DNA from: a virus
Virus record (IMG/VR): IMGVR_UViG_3300044911_002321
Location: 6,388-70,387 of that record
DNA: 64,000 nt
Reading direction: 5' to 3' (one strand)
Each line of letters begins with the position of its first letter. The stretch's first letter is position 1. Below the pieces are notes generated by a model. That model did not search any database. It was not told where the DNA came from and saw nothing but the letters and a program-made list of their open reading frames with translations. Below are positions 24,602 to 34,235 of the stretch, piece after piece. Made by a program: the position numbers and the translations under genes.

Positions 24602-26875
24602 ATGGCGGACGCTAAAGCCAGACTTCAAGAAATTGTCAACGCTTATCTTGATCGAGATAGTGGCGTTGTGGTTGACACAGGCATTGTCGCGTCCCATATT
24701 GCACAGATGAAACTCTTTGGTATTCGCCAAGGAGTTGAATTCTTCCCATCCCAAGATAACTTCGGCTCACAACGTAAAGACTTCCTTGATCGCGTTTGCA
24801 AATACAACAAGCTTGATACGAGACTTGATTCCATTTGGGAGTATTTCATTTGTGATGGCCAAGGACTTTTTTACATCCGTCCTACTAAAAACAATTACCG
24901 TCTGTATTATTTCCGCAAACACGAATATCGTTCCTATTACAACGTTGATGGCGAACTGGATGAAGTTGTAATCATCTACAGCTATAAGGTGCGCAAGGCC
25001 ATGAATGGCTTTGGTGACATCCAGATGAAGAGTCTTACCAATACTCCCGGTGTTAACAACGCTTATAGCCCTGGAGCAAAGAGATACATTCGTTTGTCAA
25101 TCAAAGCAGATTCAATCGAAGAGACTCATTCTGAATCTGAACTCAACTTTGATATGCCCACGTACACCTTGACGGGTGATACCAAGAAGTTTCCAAACAC
25201 CCTCAATTTCATTCCATGTGTTGAAATTACCAACAATCCTCAGGGCTTCTCTGCAGAAGGATATGGTGACTTTGACGCACTAGCCAATGCCATTTGTACG
25301 CACGATGAATTGATGCGTACGATGCGTAAGAACATCACGTTCTTTGGTAACCCAACGCTGTTGTCATCGCGTCCCAAAACCGACCTTATGGAGTCCGGTG
25401 GTGACATGGCGATCCAGCGTCCTTCGATTGCCGCTAACTCAGGGTTTGCTAGCCAATCCCCCATGAGTGCGTCCATGTTCAAGGCTGATCCCGTCAGTCG
25501 TGGCATGGAAGCACAGATCAGAGTGCCACGCGTCATTGCAAACCTGGAACCAAACGATCGAGTTGGTTACATTGTTCCAGATGCAATCACCGGAGACCAG
25601 AATGCTTTTGGTCGCCAATATCGAGAAGAGATTCGTACCGCCCTTGGCGGCGTTGATGAGCTTTCTATTTCCGCAGGTGTTACCGCTACTGAATACAAAT
25701 CACTCTTTGGTCGTGTTGCCGCAACAACGAAGAAGAAAGCAAATGCTATTTATGAGCATGGTATTTGTCGTTGCTTTGAATTAATCATTTATCAAGAAGA
25801 ACAACTCTTCAAATCAACCTTGGCACAAGCAGCACAGCTTGAGAAACCAATTCCTTTGGAACCTGGTGCACCTGAAGAACAACAAGCGCTGTATAAAGAA
25901 GCCATGCAGATGTATGAGCAAAAGCTCAAGCAAATTATGATGGCGTGCATCGAAACGCAAATGATTCCGCCTAGTGTGGTGGGGTTAATTCCAGATGGCG
26001 ACATAACAGTTTTGTGGCGCTGGCTAGGCCCTGTTTACGAGGACTCTACGCAAGATATTCTTAACAACTCAATTGTTGTAAGAAACCTTCAAGAGTTAGG
26101 GGTTGATAGCATTGAAGCACTGAAATATCTTTTCCCATCTAAAACAGATGAGGAAAGAGCGGAAATGCTATCTGGCTTTCCGTTCAGGATGGTGAACGAA
26201 TTGCAGGGTGCATACGCTGCATTTTCTAAACTAGTGGGGGGCATGATGCAGACTCCTCACCCGCAAGCACCGGATCTTCCGATGGCTGCGGATCCAAGAT
26301 TGGATTTAACGCCATATCTGTATCGAACTTTAGAAGCTTTACAAAAGGAGATGAGTTATGCAGGACGCTACCGTCCAATCGATCCCACAGACGAGCCAAG
26401 TTCCGGCAGCGGTGGCTCCAAGCAGCTACGTGGTGCCGAGCTACCAAGCAGCTCCAGTGGGACAACCAGCCCAGTATCAGGTGGGTACGAGCTACCCCCA
26501 AGCGGTACCACAGGCGGCCCCCAATTACCAATCAAACCCGTCTCAGTACGCCCCCCAATCCCCATCGGAGACGACGGGCAATCCATGGGAATCGGCGTTC
26601 AACAAGGTGGTGGGCCTTCTGAGCAGCCCAGTTCAATCCCCGTTCCAGGGTCAACCGTCAGCACCGACGACCTACAGTCCAGCCAATTACGGACAGGCCA
26701 ACGGCCAGGGTACGTATCAATCGGTTCCGCAGACCTCGCAAGCCAACCAGACATACTCGCCCAATTATTCCCAAACTTCTTCGACAGCCTCCGCGGAAAC
26801 CAACGGCCAGTCGCTGAGCCAACTGGTGGCGGACAGCCTAAATCTAAGCAACGAAAGCCGGTTCGTAGTAAATAA
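24602..26875 (+). CDS. Portal protein with low-complexity C-terminal extension
   Basis: Size and position between TerL and scaffold/MCP. Confidence 0.7.
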   Translation: MADAKARLQEIVNAYLDRDSGVVVDTGIVASHIAQMKLFGIRQGVEFFPSQDNFGSQRKDFLDRVCKYNKLDTRLDSIWEYFICDGQGLFYIRPTKNNYRLYYFRKHEYRSYYNVDGELDEVVIIYSYKVRKAMNGFGDIQMKSLTNTPGVNNAYSPGAKRYIRLSIKADSIEETHSESELNFDMPTYTLTGDTKKFPNTLNFIPCVEITNNPQGFSAEGYGDFDALANAICTHDELMRTMRKNITFFGNPTLLSSRPKTDLMESGGDMAIQRPSIAANSGFASQSPMSASMFKADPVSRGMEAQIRVPRVIANLEPNDRVGYIVPDAITGDQNAFGRQYREEIRTALGGVDELSISAGVTATEYKSLFGRVAATTKKKANAIYEHGICRCFELIIYQEEQLFKSTLAQAAQLEKPIPLEPGAPEEQQALYKEAMQMYEQKLKQIMMACIETQMIPPSVVGLIPDGDITVLWRWLGPVYEDSTQDILNNSIVVRNLQELGVDSIEALKYLFPSKTDEERAEMLSGFPFRMVNELQGAYAAFSKLVGGMMQTPHPQAPDLPMAADPRLDLTPYLYRTLEALQKEMSYAGRYRPIDPTDEPSSGSGGSKQLRGAELPSSSSGTTSPVSGGYELPPSGTTGGPQLPIKPVSVRPPIPIGDDGQSMGIGVQQGGGPSEQPSSIPVPGSTVSTDDLQSSQLRTGQRPGYVSIGSADLASQPDILAQLFPNFFDSLRGNQRPVAEPTGGGQPKSKQRKPVRSK

Positions 26876-27332
26876 CTACGGCTGGGAAGCACCAGCAATT
26901 CTTAACCAATATGCTCTTAATCTTGAGGGCATGCTGGATAGTGCTGTTGCATGGGGTCAACAAGCACAAGGTCTGTTAACTGGTTATGCCAGTTTTGCAG
27001 TTAACGAGCACCAAGAGAACCTTGCTTATAACGAAATCCTGACGAACCCCGATGTTCTCAGCGATTACACCCTGCAGTTCTTTGGTCCTGAAGGTCCGTG
27101 CCCTGTGTACGAAAACGAGGCAGAACTCGAGACTCCTGGTTATCGCACCGCACCTGTTGATGCGATGAATGCGTATATGCCAGCACCTCCTTCTGCAACT
27201 GCTCCCCAACGTCCTGAAAACTTCTGGGGTAGCTTTAAGCAACAGATGGATATGGATCCCGCAAACGCTTGGCGTTTACTGAATCAAGCCCAACCTCAAG
27301 TTGTTGCAAACAAATTGTTTGTAATGGAGTGA
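26358..27332 (+). CDS. Putative capsid scaffolding protein
   Basis: Q/P-rich; AAGGAG RBS; lies upstream of the MCP. Confidence 0.6.
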   Translation: MQDATVQSIPQTSQVPAAVAPSSYVVPSYQAAPVGQPAQYQVGTSYPQAVPQAAPNYQSNPSQYAPQSPSETTGNPWESAFNKVVGLLSSPVQSPFQGQPSAPTTYSPANYGQANGQGTYQSVPQTSQANQTYSPNYSQTSSTASAETNGQSLSQLVADSLNLSNESRFVVNNYGWEAPAILNQYALNLEGMLDSAVAWGQQAQGLLTGYASFAVNEHQENLAYNEILTNPDVLSDYTLQFFGPEGPCPVYENEAELETPGYRTAPVDAMNAYMPAPPSATAPQRPENFWGSFKQQMDMDPANAWRLLNQAQPQVVANKLFVME

Positions 27333-27336
27333 GGCA

Positions 27337-27783
27337 ATGAAACTGGCCGGTAAGTTTGATCCATTACTCGCAAGGGGTAAGGCGGCATTAACAAATGCAG
27401 CAATGAACCCAGCATTGTCGACTCTTGGTGCAGGTGCCGCCGCCGCTGGTCTTGCCACTCTTGGAAACGTTGTTACCGGTCAAGCACAAGAAAAAAGTCC
27501 CGGTCGTCTAATTGCGGAAGCGTTAGGCGCCGGTGCTTTAGGTGCAGGAGTAGGAGCAACTCTTGGGCCAGGCTATATGAACAGACTTGTTAAGACTGGT
27601 TCTACTAGTCCCAAAGCTGAGTTTGCACTTGGTACCGGGATTGGTGTTCTTGGTGCAGGTGCACTTGGTGGCACGATTGGTGGTGGTGTTATGAACGTCG
27701 TTCAAGGTGAGGATCCAGAGCGTTATGGATCCAGCAATACCTTGATGGCACGTACTGCCACACCTACTTTGCAGTATACGTAA
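27337..27783 (+). CDS. Gly/Ala-rich hydrophobic protein
   Basis: 148 aa with glycine zippers. Confidence 0.65.
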   Translation: MKLAGKFDPLLARGKAALTNAAMNPALSTLGAGAAAAGLATLGNVVTGQAQEKSPGRLIAEALGAGALGAGVGATLGPGYMNRLVKTGSTSPKAEFALGTGIGVLGAGALGGTIGGGVMNVVQGEDPERYGSSNTLMARTATPTLQYT

Positions 27784-27893
27784 CTAATAAGTTACTAACT
27801 GCTAAAATTTCTAATAGATAAGACATGGAAATGTCTGAATCTTTTACCCGATAACAAACACTTCCTAGACGATCACACGGAGGATGAAACAAA

Positions 27894-29057
27894 GTGTTTA
27901 TTGATAATGACTTTCCAAAAATCTTGGGTGCGGAACTTTACCGTCCCCATCCTGCGTACATCGCAGAAATGGCAGTCGAGCCTGTGGTCGTTCATGACTT
28001 CACTCGTCAGCCTGGTCAAACTGTTCAGTTAGACCGCTACAAGTTCTGGGGTACCCCTGGTACTAAGGACAGCCGTGAGCGTGTGTCCGATCAAACCATC
28101 GGTACTGCCAACAGCCGCAACATCACCAAAGAGAAGGTGCTTGTTGTGCTGAAGGAATACACGGGTCCTGCAGACCCGGGTGATCCAACTCAACCTTCGA
28201 CCTTCAAGATTGCTCGTGAGACCCTGATTACGGCCCAGCGCCTTCTTCTGGACTCTGGCAACCTCAACATGTTCCACCAGTCGATCGGTAGCCTGACGCT
28301 GCTCGACGACTATCGCCGTTGGCGTGACCGCGTGTTCCTTGATGAACTCGCCAAAGCTGAAGCCAATGGTGCCGCCTCTACTTCGCAAGGCGGTTACTAC
28401 TTTGCTGGTGGTAAGACCAAAGATTCTTCTGGTCGCATTAGCTACACCGGCACTGAGTACACTGCTGATGTGCAGCAGTTCCAAGTTCGTACCGACCTTC
28501 TGAACGTCGTTAAGGACCTGCGTAAGCGTAACGTGCCGACCTTCTCTGATGGTCTGTATCGTTGCATTTGCGATCCCGTCTTCATGATGCACCTGCGTCG
28601 TGACCCAGACTTCCGTGAGATCGCTCGTTACGCTGGTAACCCTGGTCAAGGCATGTACATGGGTAATCCCATGATGCCTAACAACGCCAGCTTCTACATG
28701 GGTCCCCAGGCTGGTCAAGGTTACTTCCTGGCTGGCGAACCTGTGATGCCTACTGGCGTTCAGTTCGAAGGTGTGAAATTCTTCGAATCGACCAACTTCC
28801 CAAGCAAGAATATTACCGCTTCTTTCGATGGCGGCTCTACTTATGCTTCCAAGGAAGTTGCCCAAGGTTACTTCTTCGGTCCTCAAGCTGTTGGCGTTGG
28901 TATCGGCGGCCCGAATGCTCAGGTGCTGATCAACAACAACGACGACTTCAGCCGCTTCATCATTCTGATTTGGCAACTGTACGCTGGTTTTGAAATCCTT
29001 AACACTGATTTCATCACCACCGCGTTCAGCTTCATTCAAGATGATGGCAACATCTGA
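27894..29057 (+). CDS. Major capsid protein
   Basis: 387 aa; strongly biased codon usage; GGAGGA RBS; PGQTVQLDRY segment resembling N4-gp56-type capsids. Confidence 0.8.
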   Translation: MFIDNDFPKILGAELYRPHPAYIAEMAVEPVVVHDFTRQPGQTVQLDRYKFWGTPGTKDSRERVSDQTIGTANSRNITKEKVLVVLKEYTGPADPGDPTQPSTFKIARETLITAQRLLLDSGNLNMFHQSIGSLTLLDDYRRWRDRVFLDELAKAEANGAASTSQGGYYFAGGKTKDSSGRISYTGTEYTADVQQFQVRTDLLNVVKDLRKRNVPTFSDGLYRCICDPVFMMHLRRDPDFREIARYAGNPGQGMYMGNPMMPNNASFYMGPQAGQGYFLAGEPVMPTGVQFEGVKFFESTNFPSKNITASFDGGSTYASKEVAQGYFFGPQAVGVGIGGPNAQVLINNNDDFSRFIILIWQLYAGFEILNTDFITTAFSFIQDDGNI

Positions 29058-29085
29058 TAACAACAAGCATATCTGGAATAGATAG

Positions 29086-29898
29086 ATGACTTATTTAACG
29101 GCTAAAAAGATTTATCCAGGTAACTGGAATAATGCTCTCAACGGTTGGTATCGCAATATCAACCCTAACGCCTCTGGTACTGATACCGGTTCCAACGCAG
29201 GCCCTACTTCGGTGCTTGCTACTCCTGGTTACCGTTACTTCCAGCAGCGTGGTTATGTGCCAGTCGTTGGCATTTCTGGTGGCACCGGCTCTCTTGCCGT
29301 GACCACTACCGCTGATGTGATCGTTCCTTCACCTTACCGCCAAGACGACACTCGTCCCAACATCACCGGTATGGTGATCTCTGGTGACTCCACCCTGCCC
29401 GCTTACGTGTATCGCACTGCGATTTCCGTTGCTTCCGGTTGGGATGGCACTGTTGCTTCTGGTGTGTATGCCGCAACTGGCAACGTGATTTCTTTCGGTC
29501 GTAGCAATGGTGGCAACCCCACCGCTGCTTCGGGCGTTGGTGAAGGTGTGGCACAAGCCAACCTCACCTCTACCGTTTCTGGTACTCAAGCTGGTGAAAT
29601 TTATTTCTCCGGTGGCACCGCTGGTTACGGCACCAATCCTTTCATTCTGAGCTCCGGCGTACTTGGTCCTCTTCCTGGTAACGCTTACTACTCGCTGAAT
29701 AGCTCGACCACTTTCAAAGTGTTCGCTAAGGAAACCGCTAATAGCACCACGACTTCCGGTGGTTTCTATATTTCCGCTGCTGACAGTGCCGCTAGCCGCG
29801 CTGGTTACCTGGTTGTGGAAGTGTGCTACATCCAACCTGATGTCGCCCCTGGTTACGAAGATATTGACATGTACCTCACCGGTCGTGTTGTTAGCTGA
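29086..29898 (+). CDS. Highly expressed structural protein (decoration or tail-tube-like)
   Basis: Same codon bias as the MCP, Gly/Ser/Thr-rich, directly downstream of it. Confidence 0.65.
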   Translation: MTYLTAKKIYPGNWNNALNGWYRNINPNASGTDTGSNAGPTSVLATPGYRYFQQRGYVPVVGISGGTGSLAVTTTADVIVPSPYRQDDTRPNITGMVISGDSTLPAYVYRTAISVASGWDGTVASGVYAATGNVISFGRSNGGNPTAASGVGEGVAQANLTSTVSGTQAGEIYFSGGTAGYGTNPFILSSGVLGPLPGNAYYSLNSSTTFKVFAKETANSTTTSGGFYISAADSAASRAGYLVVEVCYIQPDVAPGYEDIDMYLTGRVVS

Positions 29899-29933
29899 TT
29901 AGGTTAAACTAAGACCAGTGAACAACTGGTCTT

Positions 29934-30365
29934 ATGTCTACGCCAACTGCAGATATGCTTTATCAGCATAAAAAAACAGGTGCACGAGTTGAGATTGTAA
30001 GCGAATGGGATAACGGCGATTGGTTCATGGTCAAAGACCAGGACGGTCGCCTTTATACCGCTTACAAAACTGAACTCACACCTGATGAAGAAGCCACGAA
30101 GAAAGTAAAAACTCTTCGCGTGAAAGATAAAGCATCGCAGGAAGAACCACGCACTTTCCCCCCGGACACACGCCTTAACATCAATGGCGCTACCCCACAA
30201 ATGATCGCTGATCATATTAAGGGTATCGGATTGAAAACAGCTCGAGAAATTAAAGATCTTCAGATGTCCTTATCGGGTGAAAGGTTTAACAATCTTGAAC
30301 AGTTAAAGCAAATTAAACGGGTTGATTGGGACGCGGTTTTAGCAGCAGACTTGATCAGAGTTTGA
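29934..30365 (+). CDS. Helix-hairpin-helix (ComEA-like) domain protein
   Basis: RLNINGAT...IKGIGLKTA..I....F..LEQL. Confidence 0.75.
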   Translation: MSTPTADMLYQHKKTGARVEIVSEWDNGDWFMVKDQDGRLYTAYKTELTPDEEATKKVKTLRVKDKASQEEPRTFPPDTRLNINGATPQMIADHIKGIGLKTAREIKDLQMSLSGERFNNLEQLKQIKRVDWDAVLAADLIRV

Positions 30366-30382
30366 TACTTATCTCCTATCTA

Positions 30383-30407
30383 GCCCCTGGGAAACCGGGG
30401 GTTTTTT
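30383..30407 (+). terminator. Rho-independent terminator
   Basis: GCCCCTGG-GAAA-CCGGGGGT followed by a T-run. Confidence 0.85.
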
Positions 30408-30433
30408 GCACGTAAAATAAGAAATAAAACAAC

Positions 30434-31168
30434 ATGGCATACTCTGTTAATCGCAGTGGATATACAGGACCTAGTAATAAAATTGGTGGCAGTTCTCCCT
30501 ATCACATTGATTGGAAAGCGTTAAAGTCGCTCCCTGCTATTGAGAAAGTCAAAGCAATGGATGCATTGGCAAACCAATACGGTTCTCATGGGCGCGAAAT
30601 AGAATTCTCAAACAACGCAGTGGCTGGAAGGAGGTGGAATACAGCAGCAGATCTATCAGATAAAATTGATTTACTAGAAAGAGCAGCAGCGGCGCACGCT
30701 CATAGTCAAAGTCCTGGATTTGATTCTTTTGATTTCTATGTACCTTTTAAAGGTAAAAGCAGGTTTGATAAAGGTGCTGTAGAAGACGCATCTATTTACA
30801 TACCTGGCATTGCAGGCGGCAAGATTCGTCGCGGTAGTGGTGGAGGATATGGATATTTTTCTGAGGCTTTAGATCCTAGTGGTAAAGTTGTATTCCGCGT
30901 TGGCCATGGTAACGTTGATCGCCCTGAAACAGAAACTGAAGTCTTAATTCCCACTGGTCAAGTTGTTAGTCCAGGCGCTACTACTGATGCAAATACTGCA
31001 GAAACACGACAAGATTTTTTGAAACGTTATATGCAAGATCAAATGCAAACAACAATGATGCAACAATTACTTAATCCTCCGCAACGCACTGATCATCGCG
31101 CAACGATGGAACAAATGATGCAAGCAATGGGAGGCCTTGGAGTTCTACAAAATCCAATGAGCTTATAA
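30434..31168 (+). CDS. Hypothetical protein, possibly M23 peptidase-like
   Basis: H....DSFDF...GGGYG....GH pattern; weak. Confidence 0.45.
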   Translation: MAYSVNRSGYTGPSNKIGGSSPYHIDWKALKSLPAIEKVKAMDALANQYGSHGREIEFSNNAVAGRRWNTAADLSDKIDLLERAAAAHAHSQSPGFDSFDFYVPFKGKSRFDKGAVEDASIYIPGIAGGKIRRGSGGGYGYFSEALDPSGKVVFRVGHGNVDRPETETEVLIPTGQVVSPGATTDANTAETRQDFLKRYMQDQMQTTMMQQLLNPPQRTDHRATMEQMMQAMGGLGVLQNPMSL

Positions 31169-31191
31169 TGAAAAACATACGGAACTAAGCT

Positions 31192-31653
31192 GTGCATCTC
31201 AGCGACTTCGATAAAAGTAGAGTCCGATACCACCTCGGCTACTTCACGGTCACCGTACCAGCGGGCGATTACAGTCGGCTGGAAGAAGCTATGAATACCA
31301 TCCCGGATTCATACTTCTACGACAAAGTTATTATTCAACTTGGTCGTTGCGATACTGCCGAGAAGAAAACCGAAGTTGCTACTTCGCCTTCTACTCGTAT
31401 TGAGAACATCGTTGGTGATGTGGATCGTACAATTCGCTCCAGCAATGCCAGGGAATCTTTGAAGGTTTGGGACGAGATTTATCTCTACGAAACCAATCGA
31501 CTTGCACAGATTCTTTACGTTCCAAACTACAAAGATCCGTTCCAGGCTCGTTATCGTTACGAACGTTCTGGTGCTGAATTCATCCAGGCATTACCTGGCC
31601 CTGCCGACACTGCTGTTGGTTCACGCATTTATTTACATGAGGTTTGGAGGTAA
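31192..31653 (+). CDS. Putative head-tail adaptor
   Basis: 153 aa; DKSRVRYHLG N-terminus; position after the capsid genes. Confidence 0.5.
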   Translation: MHLSDFDKSRVRYHLGYFTVTVPAGDYSRLEEAMNTIPDSYFYDKVIIQLGRCDTAEKKTEVATSPSTRIENIVGDVDRTIRSSNARESLKVWDEIYLYETNRLAQILYVPNYKDPFQARYRYERSGAEFIQALPGPADTAVGSRIYLHEVWR

Positions 31654-31655
31654 TT

Positions 31656-32468
31656 ATGACCGGTAATCCTACAGGTAATACAATTACCAATCAAATTGCG
31701 TACATCGCTAACATGATTGGTAAAAATCAAATGCCTTACGGCGGTAGTGCTGTTGGAAATTATCTACAGCAATTAGCCAACCCTTTTCAAAGTGGAGCGA
31801 TTCAACGTCGTCCAATCGTAAACCCAGAATTCATGCGTCCAGATTATTCTGGTGCAGGGGAACGTGCACGTCGTTTTCAAGAATATCAAACAGGTCGCGA
31901 CATCCCTGGAGCCAATACCGATTATTCGGGACGTTTAAACAGTGCCCCACGTTCTCCGGGAGCAGCACAAGGCGGCGGAGGTGGTTCTCCCGGTCCCGGT
32001 TCTTTTGCACCTATTGATCCGTACGCTGCACAAAACCGTGAGTACGAACGGGAGCGTGCCAGGGTTGAGGCGATGGTGAAAGCTAACCCCGACATGCAGA
32101 AGCAAGCAATTGCTGATGAACGTGCTAAGGTACGTGACCAAGGCATGGCAATTTGGGCAGCAAAGTATGGCGCCCCTGGTGGCCTTGCTTCCAAAGTAAA
32201 ACCAGGCGCTGTTGGCTACGATGCAATTCAACGCGGTATTGGTATCCAAGAACTTCCATCCCTGGAAAAGCGAGCTGAGTTCACTTGGAACCAAGCTACT
32301 CAAGGCCCCACACCCGCCGTACCAATGGCAGATGCTATGTTGAATCCCGCAGGCCCTGGTTTTATTGGTGGAGAAGGTGCACCGCCTGTGAACTTTGCTG
32401 ATCCACGTTTTGAAAACATGAGTCCAGAAGAGTTCCAAAAGCTTTTAAACCAATACACCAAACGTTAA
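31656..32468 (+). CDS. Hypothetical protein
   Basis: GGAGG RBS before ATG 31656. Confidence 0.7.
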   Translation: MTGNPTGNTITNQIAYIANMIGKNQMPYGGSAVGNYLQQLANPFQSGAIQRRPIVNPEFMRPDYSGAGERARRFQEYQTGRDIPGANTDYSGRLNSAPRSPGAAQGGGGGSPGPGSFAPIDPYAAQNREYERERARVEAMVKANPDMQKQAIADERAKVRDQGMAIWAAKYGAPGGLASKVKPGAVGYDAIQRGIGIQELPSLEKRAEFTWNQATQGPTPAVPMADAMLNPAGPGFIGGEGAPPVNFADPRFENMSPEEFQKLLNQYTKR

Positions 32469-32471
32469 TTC

Positions 32472-32553
32472 TTGGCATTGCTCAGCATGTAAGCCCAACC
32501 TACTGGACACAGATCTTTGATCTACGGGGGCCAGTGTTGTTGCTTTTAAACCA
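32472..32553 (+). ncRNA. Candidate structured leader RNA
   Basis: Nested stems AGCA/UGCU, CAAC/GUUG, ACUGG/CCAGU, AGAUC/GAUCU. Confidence 0.4.
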
Positions 32554-32670
32554 ATGATTCTCTGTCCTAATTTTGTCAAGCGTTTAGCCACGAAGATCAG
32601 TCTTGTTGCCGCTGTACAGACTGTTTTTATTCCTGGACTCAAAGCAGATTCAAATTGGGTAGGAGAATAA
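32554..32670 (+). CDS. 38-aa ORF resembling a signal peptide plus short C-terminal peptide
   Basis: MILCPNFVKRLATKISLVAAVQTVFIPGLKA-DSNWVGE (hand translation). Confidence 0.5.
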   Translation: MILCPNFVKRLATKISLVAAVQTVFIPGLKADSNWVGE

Positions 32671-32683
32671 TTTAGGAGGTAAT

Positions 32684-33406
32684 ATGCCACCAAAAACAGT
32701 ACAGCAGTTATTTAATTTAAAGCCAGAAGAAGTTAACGCACTTACGGTGCTTTCTGGTTTGGAAGGGTATCGTGGCGGCCGTGGTGAAGACGCAGCAGCA
32801 GTTGCTGCTAACGTACTTGCTCGGCGTTTAGCTGGCAACTGGGGTGGCATTGATATTAGAAACATTGCGAAGTCTCCTGGTCAGTACGAAGCTGTTTTTG
32901 ATTATTCAATGCAGCAACTAGCTGACCCAGCTTTTGGTGCTCAAAAGTTAGGAAGCGAAGCTGAATACAATCGCATCCGTAATATTGTTAACGACCCATC
33001 TTTGGTTGGTGAGCAGTTCAGAAAATCTCAAGGCGCACAGTCTTTTAGAGGCGTATCTGCATACGGACGCAAAAAACAAGGTGACTACATGCCAGTCCCT
33101 GGTAAAAGTAATTACTATTTTGATCCTTTGAACTCTACACTGTATAACAAAGGCCTTGGTATTTTTGGTGCAGCTAACGCAACTAATCCAAGTACAAGTC
33201 AGCCGCAATCAACGAGCACTGCATCTTCCTATGGCCCTACAGTTGAAGAAGCAATGGGTCTTCAGTTGATGCAACAAGCAATGCAAGGTGCTCCACCACC
33301 TCCCAATCCAGCACAGAAGTTTGCCAACTTCTTGTCTGGGGTTAGCAAAAACCTTGGCAAAAACCTAGGAGGTATCATCAATCCGTTAACCACACCTGGT
33401 TATTAA
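32684..33406 (+). CDS. Cell wall hydrolase (SleB/Hydrolase_2-like)
   Basis: LSGLEG...AAVAANVLARR...PGQYEAV; AGGAGG RBS. Confidence 0.6.
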   Translation: MPPKTVQQLFNLKPEEVNALTVLSGLEGYRGGRGEDAAAVAANVLARRLAGNWGGIDIRNIAKSPGQYEAVFDYSMQQLADPAFGAQKLGSEAEYNRIRNIVNDPSLVGEQFRKSQGAQSFRGVSAYGRKKQGDYMPVPGKSNYYFDPLNSTLYNKGLGIFGAANATNPSTSQPQSTSTASSYGPTVEEAMGLQLMQQAMQGAPPPPNPAQKFANFLSGVSKNLGKNLGGIINPLTTPGY

Positions 33407-33444
33407 AACTCAGGTATAATGGTGGATATTAGTGCTGTAGACCC

Positions 33445-34233
33445 TTGGCTTCGACAAATACAAATAAGCAGCCCCTGTTAGTTGACAGGCCTCTTTTTGA
33501 TTCGGTAAGAGTCACGACTCAGACCGTTGGTAGCGCATCTGCTAACACACTCTTTGTGCAAGGCGGACAAGCTCCATCAATTCTGGTCGACATGGATGCC
33601 GCACTGCAAGAAGATAACAATAGCGGTGGCGTTGTTGACTCCATCACTATTGTAAGGAACGATTATTACCGTAACCCGGACTACACGCTAGAGACCGCAA
33701 CGACGGGCACTCGAGTTCGCTTAGTTAGCGGGCAGTCTGTTTACATTACCGCCACTGGACTTAACACACCAGCAGCCGAGAGTGGCCTTGGTTACTATAC
33801 CTACACAGGTGCTACAGCAATTACCGGCACCTTGGGAACAATTCGGTACTCTGGTGTTGCGACGCCTGACGCGAGTGGCTTTTCCTATGCAGGCACTGTT
33901 GGTCCTTATCAACCAGAAGTAACGTTTGTCGTATACCAAACCCGTGGTACTACACAACCAATTCCAGCAAGTGGCGATTACAAAGTTATACTTGCCAAGC
34001 GTGTTCCTGCCAATACTCAACAAGTTGATTGCTCTGATGTAATGCCTCAAATCGCATCTCCTGTTGCACATGCAGGAAACACTAACGGCCTTGGACAAAC
34101 CGCACCACTGCGCAACAAAGGCATCTACCTGGAGCGTGGCGACCGTCTATACGTTGGTGTCTTTCCGGACGGTCCTAACGCATCTGGGTACATCCCTGGT
34201 GCACACGTCTACGCTGAAGGCGGTTTCTTCTGA
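33445..34233 (+). CDS. Putative tail/structural protein
   Basis: 262 aa, beta-rich; TATAAT upstream. Confidence 0.65.
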   Translation: MASTNTNKQPLLVDRPLFDSVRVTTQTVGSASANTLFVQGGQAPSILVDMDAALQEDNNSGGVVDSITIVRNDYYRNPDYTLETATTGTRVRLVSGQSVYITATGLNTPAAESGLGYYTYTGATAITGTLGTIRYSGVATPDASGFSYAGTVGPYQPEVTFVVYQTRGTTQPIPASGDYKVILAKRVPANTQQVDCSDVMPQIASPVAHAGNTNGLGQTAPLRNKGIYLERGDRLYVGVFPDGPNASGYIPGAHVYAEGGFF

Positions 34234-34235
34234 TC

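Noticed and set aside
28029-29835. Long antisense ORFs opposite the capsid and adjacent structural gene
   Set aside because: Expected shadow of strong codon bias on the sense strand; no motifs or expression signals.
32660-32684. Frameshift or hop fusing the signal-peptide ORF to the cell wall hydrolase
   Set aside because: The downstream GGA is part of a normal AGGAGG RBS, the codon before the stop (GAA) has no matching landing codon, and there is no slippery site or hairpin.
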